From Dickeya dadantii NCPPB 898 (GTDB lineage Bacteria > Pseudomonadota > Gammaproteobacteria > Enterobacterales > Enterobacteriaceae): 32,000 bases of DNA. Shown piece by piece: positions 1-8,356 of this stretch. The notes under the pieces were generated by a model. It was not told the origin of the DNA and ran no database searches. It saw nothing but the letters and a program-made list of their open reading frames with translations. The DNA lies in assembly GCF_000406145.1 (NCBI RefSeq), contig NZ_CM001976.1, forward strand, positions 3,389,263 to 3,421,262. The letters are read 5' to 3'. A program made the position numbers and the translations under genes. Position 1 is the stretch's first letter. Every line of letters begins with the position of its first letter.

Positions 1-4
1 ATCA

Positions 5-290
5 GTGCGAGATGAAGGATTTTCCGGCGTCAAAAACTGTGCTGAGGCGAGCGACTTCGCCGGGTGAGCGGCATGGATGCCGCGAAAGCCCGTGCCGTGC
101 CGGGAGCACGTCATGGGCGGCCCGAACAGCGAAGTCGAACGCCGAAGGAACCGCGCAGCGGCACACCATTTTGCAACGCAAAATGGAACAGCGCTTGCGC
201 TGGCCCGCAAGGGTGAACCCGTCAGGGTTCATAATTTAGCACCCAGCCAGTGGTCAAGGAGAGGCGGCGTTTGAGTAACCGTGTTGCCAG
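5..290 (+). ncRNA. Group II intron-like structured RNA fragment (5-prime end / domain I only, truncated)
   Basis: Begins GTGCG (5-9), matching the group II 5-prime consensus GUGYG. Back-to-back GC-rich hairpins on the + strand: 46-61, 68-83, 96-110, 166-186 (9-bp stem), 189-202 (CUUG loop), 204-213 (CCC-GCAA-GGG, a GNRA loop), 214-231 (7-bp stem). CCCGAACAGCGAAG (121-134) and CGCAAGGGTG (206-215) resemble domain I strings I recall from Oceanobacillus and Lactococcus introns. No RT ORF or domain V in the window. Confidence 0.35.
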
Positions 291-299
291 TCAAGTATT

Positions 300-1291
300 T
301 CAACTGGCTACCGCCCCATAATCCCTGTCATATCGTTGCTGCGTATGCAGCACGCCATAACACAGATGGACCAGTTTCCTCATCGCCGCCCCTATCCGCC
401 AGCATCTTTGCCTTGCCTTTTAGCAACAGTCGCTCGTATTGCGCCTTCACATGACGATTGTGACTGATGGCCGCTATTGCTCCCATATACAGTTTTGCCC
501 TGATAGCAGGCGGCCCTATTTTCGACAACCTCGCTCTGCCACGTACCGAGGTTCCCGAGCGACGCTCTACCGGGATAACCCCCAGACTACGCCGCCACCT
601 GTTCCGCGCTCCTGAAGTTACTGCCCCTGATGGTGGCCAACATATTCCATCCGATTTGGTCTCCAACACCATCTATCGATTTCAGGAGTTTCAGGTCATT
701 TTTCAGTCCGGGATGTTTGTCGATGTGGTCTTCTATCAGTCGTTCAATGCGCTCCAGTTCACCCTTTACGTGCTGCACCATCGACTCCAGCGATGTCACC
801 ACTTCTTCCGTCGTCAGTGTGGCGTTTAACGTGCTCAGCCGGTTTTCCAGGCGCTGTTTATCACCCAGCAGACTATCCCTGTGCTGCAGTAATGCCCTGA
901 GTTTCCTTATTTCCGGCGAAGGAGGAGTCCAGCCCTCCGGCTGTCTCAGACAGCCATAACAGGCCAGCACACAGGCATCCACTTTATCCGTCTTCGTGAG
1001 AATCCCCATCCCCCTGGCAAACTCACGCAACCGATGAGGGTTTATCACGGATACGGCAATACCTGACTGATGAAGACCATAAGCGAGGTGTTCGTGATAA
1101 ACCCCCGTGGCTTCCATGATGATATGGGCCTGACTCGGCTCACATTTTTGTCGCGTCAACCATTCAGCCAACGCCTGAACGGCGTTGGGGCCATTGGGTA
1201 ACGTTTTCGTCTTCCGTTTACCTTTAATGCCATCAGCTAACAAACACACATCGACGACACGCTTACTGATATCAATACCAACGTAATACAT
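300..1291 (-). pseudogene. IS110-family transposase (DEDD/RuvC-like N-domain plus Transposase_20 C-domain), two frameshifts
   Basis: ORF 587..1291 gives the N-terminus MYYVGIDISKRVVDVCLL. ORF 328..672 in another frame continues with GVIPVERRSGTSVRGRARLSKIGPPAIRAKLYMGAIAAISHN. A third frame (300..390) reads AAMRKLVHLCYGVLHTQQRYDRDYGAVAS-stop, a typical family C-terminus. Frame breaks lie near 588-592 and 388-400. Confidence 0.85.
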
Positions 1292-1490
1292 AATGATGTC
1301 CCCCTTTCACTGAAGCCATCACGCCCGTTCCGCTTGTACATTCAGAGTCAGTGCTCTGGGTAACCGTTCAATGTTAATGCTGGCGTGAAAGGTGAAACAG
1401 AGGGTTTAAACTCAACCGCAAGGTTTATAGCCCTGGCTCTCCTTCGAAGCTCACTCTGTTTCATGTCGTGATAGCTAATCACGACATGAG
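1292..1490 (-). ncRNA. Candidate IS110 bridge (guide) RNA region in the transposase 5-prime leader
   Basis: About 200 nt non-coding, directly upstream of the transposase ATG. It holds a perfect 11-bp hairpin (1462-1488) and a 9-bp stem, GAAACAGAG 1394-1402 pairing with CTCTGTTTC 1454-1462, enclosing 51 nt. The position matches where IS110-subgroup elements encode bridge RNA. Confidence 0.3.
1462..1488. other. Perfect 11-bp-stem hairpin (catgtcgtgat-agcta-atcacgacatg) at the presumed IS end
   Basis: Read directly from the sequence. Function unknown: first stem of the leader RNA, or a palindromic insertion target. Confidence 0.5.
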
Positions 1491-1597
1491 CAAGATACAA
1501 GCCTCTCCTTGTCGTGCGTGCGATGAAATGGCAAAGAAACAACGAACGTTTATCACGCACGAAACTTTACCCACTGACCTGGCAAACTTCACCGCTT

Positions 1598-1627
1598 ATA
1601 AAACAACACGGCTGTTTGTTAACAGCC
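1598..1627 (-). terminator. Rho-independent terminator of the ykgJ-like gene
   Basis: On the minus strand, a 7-bp stem GGCTGTT-AACA-AACAGCC (1610-1627) followed by GTGTTGTTTTAT, 42 nt after the stop at 1669. Confidence 0.7.
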
Positions 1628-1668
1628 CCAACCGACATTACACCATTTACAGCCTGCGTATATATCCG

Positions 1669-2435
1669 TCAGGCGGCATTCAAACCGATAAAACCATAAT
1701 ACTGAGACGGCCCGGTTACCGCCTCGGCACCGGCCTGTTTCAAGGTTTCCAGCACGTCCTCGCCGGAAACGTGGAACTGCCATGCCCGGCTGAGCCCCGC
1801 TTCGGCATGCTCTTCAGCGCTGAATTGCCCGGCCAGTTCCAGCGCCGACGTAAAGGCCGTCATGTCCGGCAGATAGGCGGTGAAACCATCACCTTTCAGC
1901 GCGCTAGTCGCGATCCCCAGCCAGTTGCAAATCGACGCTTTAAAGTAGATATCCTCGCGGTCCGCCTGCCGGGAGCGTTCGATCAACGCCTGCGTTTCAC
2001 TATCCACCAGCCGGTCCGAGACAATCAGCGTGTCCCCTTGCTGCCAGGCTTCCGGCGGGCAGTCTTTGTTAGCCTGCCGCAACGAAATATGCGGGTTGAT
2101 CTCCATCGGGTAAATGCGGCACACCAGCGGGCGCCGATCATAGATCCGACAGCGCAGATCCTCATCCAGATGCCGGCAGGAGTCAGGGTTGTACGCCGCG
2201 AAAGTGATCGCGATAAACGCTCGGGTTTCGCCGCTGATCACATCACAGGAACGCGACTGGGCATGCTGGCGCTGTTCCGGTGGTACGCCGATGCCATTTT
2301 GCAAAAACCCTTCAGCCAGAATGATGATTTGCCCACCGTCCGACGCCCATTTTCACGGGCTTCAGACAGTGTCAGGGGTACATGGTGCCCCATGCAGCAT
2401 TTGCCGCACCCCACACAGGAAAACGTTGTATCCAT
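1669..2435 (-). pseudogene. YkgJ-family cysteine-cluster (CxxCxxCC, UPF0153) protein, single frameshift
   Basis: The N-terminal ORF 2238..2435 starts MDTTFSCVGCGKCCMGHHVPLTLSEARE. The remainder (1669..~2349) is in another frame and reads WASDGGQIIILAEGFLQNGIGVPPEQ...CRIYDRRPLVCRIYP. The break is at the A4 run (tttt on the + strand, about 2350-2354). Confidence 0.75.
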
Positions 2436-2539
2436 TGATGATCGACTCTTATTTAAACGACACGCGCAAATCAGGAATAAAACCGGCAGAACTGAAAGCG
2501 TTGCCTGAATTCCGTATTAATGTTCAGGATTTCGTAAAG

Positions 2540-2561
2540 ATAACGTCAATATAACGTCAAT
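2540..2561. repeat. Tandem direct repeat, 2 x 11 bp (ataacgtcaat)
   Basis: Exact duplication at 2540-2550 and 2551-2561 in the ykgJ/hutC divergent intergenic region. Confidence 0.8.
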
Positions 2562-2684
2562 GAACGATATTTTGATAAATTTACAAACCACCGTCTACCA
2601 GACTGTCGTGGGTCGCTGATCAACCGGATGAATCCGTATGGTCATGAGGAAGTCCGGCCATGAGCCACGCGTGTCGGCATCACA

Positions 2685-2698
2685 GTTGTCTATACAGG
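2685..2698. promoter_or_regulatory. HutC-type operator (GTTGTCTATACAGG) upstream of hutC
   Basis: TGT-N4-ACA palindrome core TGTCTATACA, one of four related sites in the locus. Lies 93 bp upstream of the hutC ATG. Confidence 0.55.
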
Positions 2699-2790
2699 AC
2701 TGGTCGTTGTTCGCTACACTGCGCTCATCTGTTGCCTTTGAGGATGACGCCTTGACCGACCTGCAAACCGCCTCCCAACTTGCCGCCGCC

Positions 2791-3495
2791 ATGAGCGATA
2801 CCCCCGCGCCGATCTACCAGCGGGTAAAACAGGCGATTATCAGCCAGATTCGCAGCGGCGCCTGGCAGTCGCATCAGCGGGTGCCGTCGGAAAGCGAACT
2901 GGTGAATGAACTGGGCGTCAGCCGGATGACCATCAACCGGGCGTTACGGGAGCTGACCAGCGAAGGGTTTCTGGTGCGGATGCAGGGCGTAGGCACCTTT
3001 GTGGCGGAACAGAAGGCGCACACCGCGATGCTGGAAGTGCACAACATCGCCGATGAAATCGCCGCCCGCGGCCACCGTCACAGCAGCCGGGTGCTGGTGC
3101 TGGAAACCCTCAGCGCCGATGGCGATCAGGCCGCCCAGTTGGATATCGCTCCCGGCCAGCCGCTGTTTCACTCGCAAATCGTACATTATGAAAACGACGT
3201 GCCGGTACAACTGGAAATCCGTTACGTCAACCCACAGGTGGCGCCGGACTACCTGCAACAGGATTTTACCTTTGATACGCCGCACAGCTACCTGAGCCGG
3301 GTAGCACCGCTGACCGCCGGCGAGCATCGGGTGGAAGCGGTCGCCGCCGAAGCGCGTCAGCGCGACCTGCTGGCGCTGGGCGAACAGGAACCCTGCCTGC
3401 TGATCCGCCGCCGCACCTGGCACGGCTCACGGGTCGTCACCGCCGCGCGTCTGTTTTATCCCGGCTCCCGCTATCAGCTATTCGGGCGTTTCTGA
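2791..3495 (+). CDS. hutC: Histidine utilisation repressor HutC (GntR/HutC family)
   Basis: MSDTPAPIYQRVKQAIISQIRSG...SESELVNELGVSRMTINRALRELTSEGFLVRMQGVGTFV is a GntR winged-HTH followed by a UTRA-like C-domain. Start chosen at ATG 2791 (234 aa) rather than the track start at 2638. Confidence 0.9.
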   Translation: MSDTPAPIYQRVKQAIISQIRSGAWQSHQRVPSESELVNELGVSRMTINRALRELTSEGFLVRMQGVGTFVAEQKAHTAMLEVHNIADEIAARGHRHSSRVLVLETLSADGDQAAQLDIAPGQPLFHSQIVHYENDVPVQLEIRYVNPQVAPDYLQQDFTFDTPHSYLSRVAPLTAGEHRVEAVAAEARQRDLLALGEQEPCLLIRRRTWHGSRVVTAARLFYPGSRYQLFGRF

Positions 3496-3505
3496 TGGAT
3501 GCATT

Positions 3506-3531
3506 CCCCTTTGCCCGTTCGGACAAGGGGG
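3506..3531. terminator. Hairpin between convergent hutC and the lyase-like gene
   Basis: cccctttgcccgttcggacaaggggg forms a stem of about 10 bp with one mismatch and a GUUC loop. No clean U-run on either strand. Confidence 0.4.
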
Positions 3532-3545
3532 CGCGGTTTCCTCAC

Positions 3546-5048
3546 CTAGTCTTGCCAGGAGAAATCCTGGCCCCGCAGCACCTGCACCGCACAGGCGATA
3601 TCCGGCGCCAGCCAGCGATCCTCCTGCCAGGCAGCAACGTGCCGACGCAACGCTTGCCAGGCCCGGTGCGTTCCGGTTCCGGCGTTCTCCGGGCCGAGAA
3701 ACTCCAGCGCCTGCGCCGCCAGCAGATATTCGATAGCCAGCACGTGCCAGACGTTTTCGGTCAGCTTCAGCAATTTGAGCGCCGCCGGGGTGCCCATGCT
3801 GAGGTGATCTTCCTGCAAGCCGGAGGTGACAAAATTATCCACCACGGCGGGCTGCGCCAGTTGGCGGTTCTCTCCGCACAGCGACGCCGCCACATACTGG
3901 GCGATCATCATGCCGGAATTCACCCCCGGCTGGGCAACCAGAAACGGCGGCAAGCCGCTCACCAGCGGATTGATCAACCGATCAAGCCGCCGTTCCGCCA
4001 CCCCGGCCAGCTCGCATAACGCCAGCGCCAGACTGTCCGCCGCCAGCGCCACCGCTTCGCCATGCGGATTCGCCTGCGACACCACTCGCCACAGTTCCGG
4101 CGTACCCAGCACCAGCGGATTGTCGGTGGCGGCATTCAGTTCCATCTCGATGCGCTGCGCCGACGACGCAAACTGATCGCGGCAGGCGCCGTGAATTTGC
4201 GGGATGGAACGCAGGCTCAGCGCATCCTGCGTGCGGATGCCTTCACTCTCGGCGATGATCCGGCTCCCGGCCAACAAGGCGCGCAAACGCTGCCCGACCT
4301 GCTGAATGCCCGCGCTCGGTTTCAGCGCCAGCACCTCGGCGTCAAACGCCACCACCTGCCCGCGCAGCGCCTCAAAACTCATCGCGCCGGTCACATCGGC
4401 CCAGTCCAACTGCCGCGCGGCGTCATCCAACGCCAGACAAGCCAGCCCGGTCATGCACGGCGTACCGTTGACCAGCGATAAGCCGTCTTTCGCCCCCAGC
4501 GTCACCGGCGTGAGGCCAATGTGTTGCAACGCCTCCTGCGCCGGCAGCACTTGCCCGTGCAGTTCCATCTCGCCGATGCCGATCAGCGCCAGCCCGACGT
4601 GCGCCATATGGGTGAGATACCCGACCGAGCCTTGCGACGGCACGCACGGCGTAGCGCCCTGATTCAGCAGCGTCAGCAGCGCCTGCACGATCGCCGGCTG
4701 AATCCCGGACTTGCCGTGGCTGTAATTGGCGATCGCCGCGCACAGGATGGCGCGGGTCTGTTCAACGGACAGCCGCGGCCCCACGCCGCAAGCGTGACTC
4801 AGCAAGGTATTGCGCGACAGCCGCGCCAGATCCGCCGTCGGCAGAGTGACATTGCATAACGCGCCCAGCCCGGTATTCACCCCATAGGCCAGCGTTTCAC
4901 TGGCCACGATCTGCTCCACAATGCGCCGCGACTGATCCATACGGCGCCAGGCCGCGTCGCTCAGACTCAGGCGCGCGCCGTAACGAGCCACCTGCACCAG
5001 TTCGCGCCATGCCAGCGGCCCGTCGCCCCAGCACACTTCAGTGTTCAT
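3546..5048 (-). CDS. Histidine/aromatic ammonia-lyase family paralog lacking the MIO-forming Ala-Ser-Gly triad
   Basis: 500 aa, collinear with HutH (AYGVNTGLG, LSHACG, LVNGTP, SLRS, QEDHLSM). The MIO motif region reads GSVG-YLTHMAH (aa 140-150, nt 4599-4631), where HutH has GSVGASGDLAPLAH. SD GGAAGG; the start is 12 nt after the ABC ATPase stop. Confidence 0.85.
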   Translation of the reverse strand: MNTEVCWGDGPLAWRELVQVARYGARLSLSDAAWRRMDQSRRIVEQIVASETLAYGVNTGLGALCNVTLPTADLARLSRNTLLSHACGVGPRLSVEQTRAILCAAIANYSHGKSGIQPAIVQALLTLLNQGATPCVPSQGSVGYLTHMAHVGLALIGIGEMELHGQVLPAQEALQHIGLTPVTLGAKDGLSLVNGTPCMTGLACLALDDAARQLDWADVTGAMSFEALRGQVVAFDAEVLALKPSAGIQQVGQRLRALLAGSRIIAESEGIRTQDALSLRSIPQIHGACRDQFASSAQRIEMELNAATDNPLVLGTPELWRVVSQANPHGEAVALAADSLALALCELAGVAERRLDRLINPLVSGLPPFLVAQPGVNSGMMIAQYVAASLCGENRQLAQPAVVDNFVTSGLQEDHLSMGTPAALKLLKLTENVWHVLAIEYLLAAQALEFLGPENAGTGTHRAWQALRRHVAAWQEDRWLAPDIACAVQVLRGQDFSWQD

Positions 5049-5060
5049 ACCCTTGCCTTC

Positions 5061-5843
5061 CTATACCGTCTGGTGACTGGCGATGAATTGTTGAAAACGC
5101 GGCGAGCTTTCGCCGCCAAACATGGCGTCGGGCGTCCCCTCGCAGTCAATCCGCCCCTGATGCATGAACACCACCCGGCTGGACACGTGGCGGGCAAACC
5201 CCATTTCATGGGTGACCACCAGCATCGTGCGCCCTTCTTCGGCCAGCCCGCGCATCACCTTCAGCACGTCGCCGACCAGTTCCGGGTCCAGCGCCGAGGT
5301 CGGCTCATCGAACAGCATGACTTCAGGTTCCATCGACAGCGCCCGGGCAATCGCCACCCGCTGCTGCTGGCCGCCGGAGAGCTGCGCCGGATAAAAATGC
5401 CGCCGCTCATACAACCCGACTTTCGCCAGCAGGGCTTCGGCCTGCCCGACACATTCGGCACGTGAGCGCCCGAGGATATGCTGCGGCCCTTCGATGACGT
5501 TCTGCATGACAGTCATATGGCTCCACAGGTTGAAATTCTGGAACACCATGCCCAGCCGGGCGCGCAGCCGCTCAACCTGACGGCGGTCGGCCGCGACCTG
5601 ATGGCCCTGCTTGTGGCGCTTCATCAGGATCATTTCGCCGCTGACGGCGACCGTGCCGGCATCCGGCGTCTCCAGCAGATTGATGCAACGCAAAAAAGTG
5701 CTCTTACCCGACCCACTGGCGCCCAGCAGCGAAATCACCTCGCCTTTGCGCGCATCCAGCGAGATCCCCTTAAGCACTTCAAGCGCACCGAATGATTTAC
5801 GGATATCGATCATCGATAAGGTTATGGGGGCGGTTTTATTCAT
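5061..5843 (-). CDS. Polar amino acid ABC transporter ATP-binding protein (HisP-like)
   Basis: Walker [10 protein letters not shown], signature [15 protein letters not shown], Walker [12 protein letters not shown]. Start at ATG 5843 ([19 protein letters not shown]), overlapping the permease stop. Confidence 0.9.
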   Translation of the reverse strand: MNKTAPITLSMIDIRKSFGALEVLKGISLDARKGEVISLLGASGSGKSTFLRCINLLETPDAGTVAVSGEMILMKRHKQGHQVAADRRQVERLRARLGMVFQNFNLWSHMTVMQNVIEGPQHILGRSRAECVGQAEALLAKVGLYERRHFYPAQLSGGQQQRVAIARALSMEPEVMLFDEPTSALDPELVGDVLKVMRGLAEEGRTMLVVTHEMGFARHVSSRVVFMHQGRIDCEGTPDAMFGGESSPRFQQFIASHQTV

Positions 5844-6552
5844 GCTCTCTCCCGGAAGACGCCGGCACAGCGGCCAGATTTGGCGATAAGGTGCGTTCCA
5901 GCCAGGCAAATACCCTGACAATAATGAAATTCAGCAACAGGTAGATCAGCGCGGCGCAGGCAAACACTTCCAGCGTGCGGTAAGTGCGCTGAATGATCTG
6001 TTGCGCCACGCCGGTGACATCCCATACCGTGACCAAACTGGCCAGCGCGGTGGATTTGATCAGCAAAATCGCCTCGGTCGACCAGGCAGGCAGCGCATGG
6101 CGCAGGGCGACCGGCGCAATGATGCGGCGCAGCAGCAGCCAGCGCGACATGCCGCACGCCAGACCCGCTTCAATCTGCCCGGCTGGAATCGATAACAGCG
6201 CGCCGCGCAGAATTTCCGCCGTATAACCGGCGGTGCACAACGCCAGCGCCACCACCGCGCAACTGAATGGATCGCGCAGCACCGGCCAGAACAGGCTGTC
6301 GCGCACCACGCTGAACTGCCCCAGTCCGTAATAGATCAGAAATAGCTGAATCAGCAGCGGCGTGCCGCGAAAGATCAGCATATAAAGACGGGCAAACCCG
6401 CTCAGCGGCCAGACACCGCTGACCCGCATCGCCACCAGCAGCACCGAGAGCGTCGCGCCCAGGGCGAACGAGGAAAAAAACAGCCCCAGCGTTACCGGCA
6501 GCGCCGACAGTAACCGCAGGAACGTCTGAGTCAGAAAGGCGATATCGATCAT
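5836..6552 (-). CDS. Polar amino acid ABC transporter permease (HisM-like)
   Basis: 238 aa multi-TM protein, typical of HisM/HisQ-type polar amino acid ABC permeases by eye. Its 5-prime end overlaps the upstream permease stop by 4 nt. Confidence 0.85.
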   Translation of the reverse strand: MIDIAFLTQTFLRLLSALPVTLGLFFSSFALGATLSVLLVAMRVSGVWPLSGFARLYMLIFRGTPLLIQLFLIYYGLGQFSVVRDSLFWPVLRDPFSCAVVALALCTAGYTAEILRGALLSIPAGQIEAGLACGMSRWLLLRRIIAPVALRHALPAWSTEAILLIKSTALASLVTVWDVTGVAQQIIQRTYRTLEVFACAALIYLLLNFIIVRVFAWLERTLSPNLAAVPASSGREHE

Positions 6553-7271
6553 GACGGCTCCTGCATCGTCTTGCGGTGATAAGGCTGGGACAAGGTTTGC
6601 TCCAGCCGGGCAAACGCGGTATTGGAAAACACGGTCAGGATCAGATAGATCGCCGCGCCGGCGAGGTAAAACAGGAAATAGTCGCGGGTCGAACCGGCCG
6701 CCATCTGGCTGGCGCGCATCAGTTCGACAATGCCGGTGACCGACACCAGCGCCGAATCCTTCAGGCTCATCTGCCAGACGTTGGACAGCCCCGGCAGGGC
6801 AAAGCGCATCACCTGCGGCAACAAGATTCGTACCCCGATGCGCCAGCGCGACATGCCGATGGCGCGGGCGGCTTCCAGTTCGCCGCTATTCACGGCCAGA
6901 CGCGCCGCGCGGTACACTTCGCCCTGATACGAGGCCGAAATCAGGCCAATCGCCAGCGCGCCGATCAGGAAAGGCGGCAGTTCGAGAAACCCGTCGGCCC
7001 CAAACCAGCGCCCGACCTGCGTGAGCACGCCGGAGCCGCCAAAATAAAACAGATAAATGATCAGCAGTTCCGGGATGCCGCGAAATACGATGGAATAGGT
7101 TTCCCCGGCCACGCGCCAGACCCGGCGCGTGGACAGTTTGGCCGCGGCAACCGCCGCGCCGACCCATGCGCCAATGAGCAGCGCTACCGTCGTCAGACAC
7201 AACGTGGTCAGCGCGGCCATCGCCAGCAGGCTTCCCCACCCCTGATCACTGAAACCTAACAGGGTCAGCAT
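6549..7271 (-). CDS. Polar amino acid ABC transporter permease (HisQ-like)
   Basis: 240 aa multi-TM protein with an EAA-like loop ELEAARAIGMSRWRIGVRILLPQ. Confidence 0.85.
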   Translation of the reverse strand: MLTLLGFSDQGWGSLLAMAALTTLCLTTVALLIGAWVGAAVAAAKLSTRRVWRVAGETYSIVFRGIPELLIIYLFYFGGSGVLTQVGRWFGADGFLELPPFLIGALAIGLISASYQGEVYRAARLAVNSGELEAARAIGMSRWRIGVRILLPQVMRFALPGLSNVWQMSLKDSALVSVTGIVELMRASQMAAGSTRDYFLFYLAGAAIYLILTVFSNTAFARLEQTLSQPYHRKTMQEPS

Positions 7272-7286
7272 ACCGTTTCCTCAATC

Positions 7287-8144
7287 TCAGGGAGTGACGT
7301 CCGTTTTGAACCATTTCTCACTGAGCGTTTTCACCGTTCCGTCCGCCAGCGCGGTTTTAATCGCCGCATCAAATTTTGCCTTCAGCTCCGGATCGCTTTT
7401 ACGAAAGCCCAGCGCTTCCCCTTCACCCCAGATAGGCCCGGTCAGTTGCGGACCGCCTAACGTCAGGTTGTTGTTTTCCGGTTTGCTGAGGATGGAATTG
7501 GCAAAGGTAACATCGTCAAACACCGCATCGATGCGCCCCGCCTGCAAATCCAGAATGGCATCGGCGGACGCGGTGTATTCACGCACGGTGGCGACATCCC
7601 GGAAGTAGCTGTCGATGAAAGGCGTATAAACGGTGCCGGAGGCAATGCCGATGGTTTTGCCTTGCAACGCGCCGCGCAGGCCGGCTACCGCCGGTTTAAT
7701 CTGGGCGGGATCATTCGCCAGTTTGATCATCGCCTTGTCGGCTTCGACCGGCAGCGCCAGCTTACCCTTGACGGTAATAAAACTGGCTGGCGTCGATGCG
7801 TAGGGCAGGGAGAAATCCACTACCTGTTTGCGCTCCGGGGTAATCACGATGGCATCCATCATCACGTCGAACTTGCCGGCCTGCAGACCGGCGATCATGC
7901 CGTCCCAGTTTTGCACCACCAGCTTGCACTGGATGTTCATCCGCTGGCACAGGATCGTCATCAGTTCCGGTTCAAACCCGCCCAGCTTGCCGCCCGGCAA
8001 GGTCAGGTTCCAGGGTTCGTAGCTGCCTTCCGTCGCGATAGTCACCGACTTCCACTCTTTAGCCTGCGCCCCTGCGCAGAACGCCGCCGCCGCGCTCACA
8101 ACACATACCGCCATCATCGATCGAAAAAGTGTGTTCTTCTTCAT
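7287..8144 (-). CDS. Periplasmic polar amino acid (His/Lys/Arg/Orn-type, family 3) substrate-binding protein
   Basis: MKKNTLFRSMMAVCVVSAAAAFCAGAQA signal peptide followed by an SBP_bac_3-like body. Start at ATG 8144 with SD GGGGGAAGG. Confidence 0.85.
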   Translation of the reverse strand: MKKNTLFRSMMAVCVVSAAAAFCAGAQAKEWKSVTIATEGSYEPWNLTLPGGKLGGFEPELMTILCQRMNIQCKLVVQNWDGMIAGLQAGKFDVMMDAIVITPERKQVVDFSLPYASTPASFITVKGKLALPVEADKAMIKLANDPAQIKPAVAGLRGALQGKTIGIASGTVYTPFIDSYFRDVATVREYTASADAILDLQAGRIDAVFDDVTFANSILSKPENNNLTLGGPQLTGPIWGEGEALGFRKSDPELKAKFDAAIKTALADGTVKTLSEKWFKTDVTP

Positions 8145-8179
8145 GCCTTCCCCCTGATGTTTCACCGTCAAAGTAATTA

Positions 8180-8193
8180 CATGTATATACAAC
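8180..8193. promoter_or_regulatory. HutC-type operator (CATGTATATACAAC) upstream of the ABC/lyase operon
   Basis: Perfect palindrome core TGTATATACA, 36-49 bp upstream of the binding-protein ATG. Confidence 0.5.
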
Positions 8194-8298
8194 ATCAAAT
8201 AAGCAGCAAAATTCAGGCCATGATTTCAATCACCTGCCAAATCAGGCCCGGTAGCGGTTATCAGGGCATAGCAAAGCATCAGAAAAGGATATTCGGGG

Positions 8299-8322
8299 GT
8301 GCACCGCACAACCGCGGTGCAC
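8299..8322 (-). terminator. Hairpin downstream of hutD (possible terminator or attenuator)
   Basis: 9-bp stem gtgcaccgc / gcggtgcac with a 6-nt loop, 35 nt after the hutD stop. The U-tract is weak and delayed. Confidence 0.35.
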
Positions 8323-8356
8323 AATGATCGTGCAACAGGATGATGCACAAAGCAGA

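Larger units (their letters stand above)
300..1495 (-). mobile_element. IS110-family insertion sequence remnant (ends approximate)
   Basis: Contains the IS110-type transposase reading frames plus about 200 nt of structured non-coding leader. No terminal inverted repeats are visible, as expected for IS110. The right-hand limit is set at the hairpin at 1462-1488; the left-hand limit is not determinable. Confidence 0.7.

Noticed and set aside
1513-1535. Second GTGCG...GATGAA string (gtgcgtgcgatgaaatgg) resembling the 5-prime start at 5-20
   Set aside because: About 14 of 20 positions match over a very short span, with no following intron-like structure. It more likely forms part of a local hairpin (cgtgcgtg / cacgcacg).
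1468-2508. 346-aa ORF on the + strand
   Set aside because: It lies entirely antisense to the ykgJ-like gene and its terminator. It is Arg/Pro/Gly-rich with low-complexity composition, as expected for a shadow ORF in GC-rich DNA, and has no recognisable motif.
2638-2790. Upstream extensions of track ORFs (hutC from 2638; also 5921, 8198, 9010, 10522, 11487, 14713, 14889, 20064, 21996)
   Set aside because: The internal ATGs match ortholog N-termini, have SD sequences or stop/start coupling, and the extensions overlap neighbouring genes or operators.
3495-4859. Several 110-175-aa + strand ORFs (3495..4019, 3826..4176, 4062..4481, 4306..4662, 4521..4859)
   Set aside because: All are antisense to the well-supported HAL-family gene. 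They are Arg/Gln/His-rich shadow frames.
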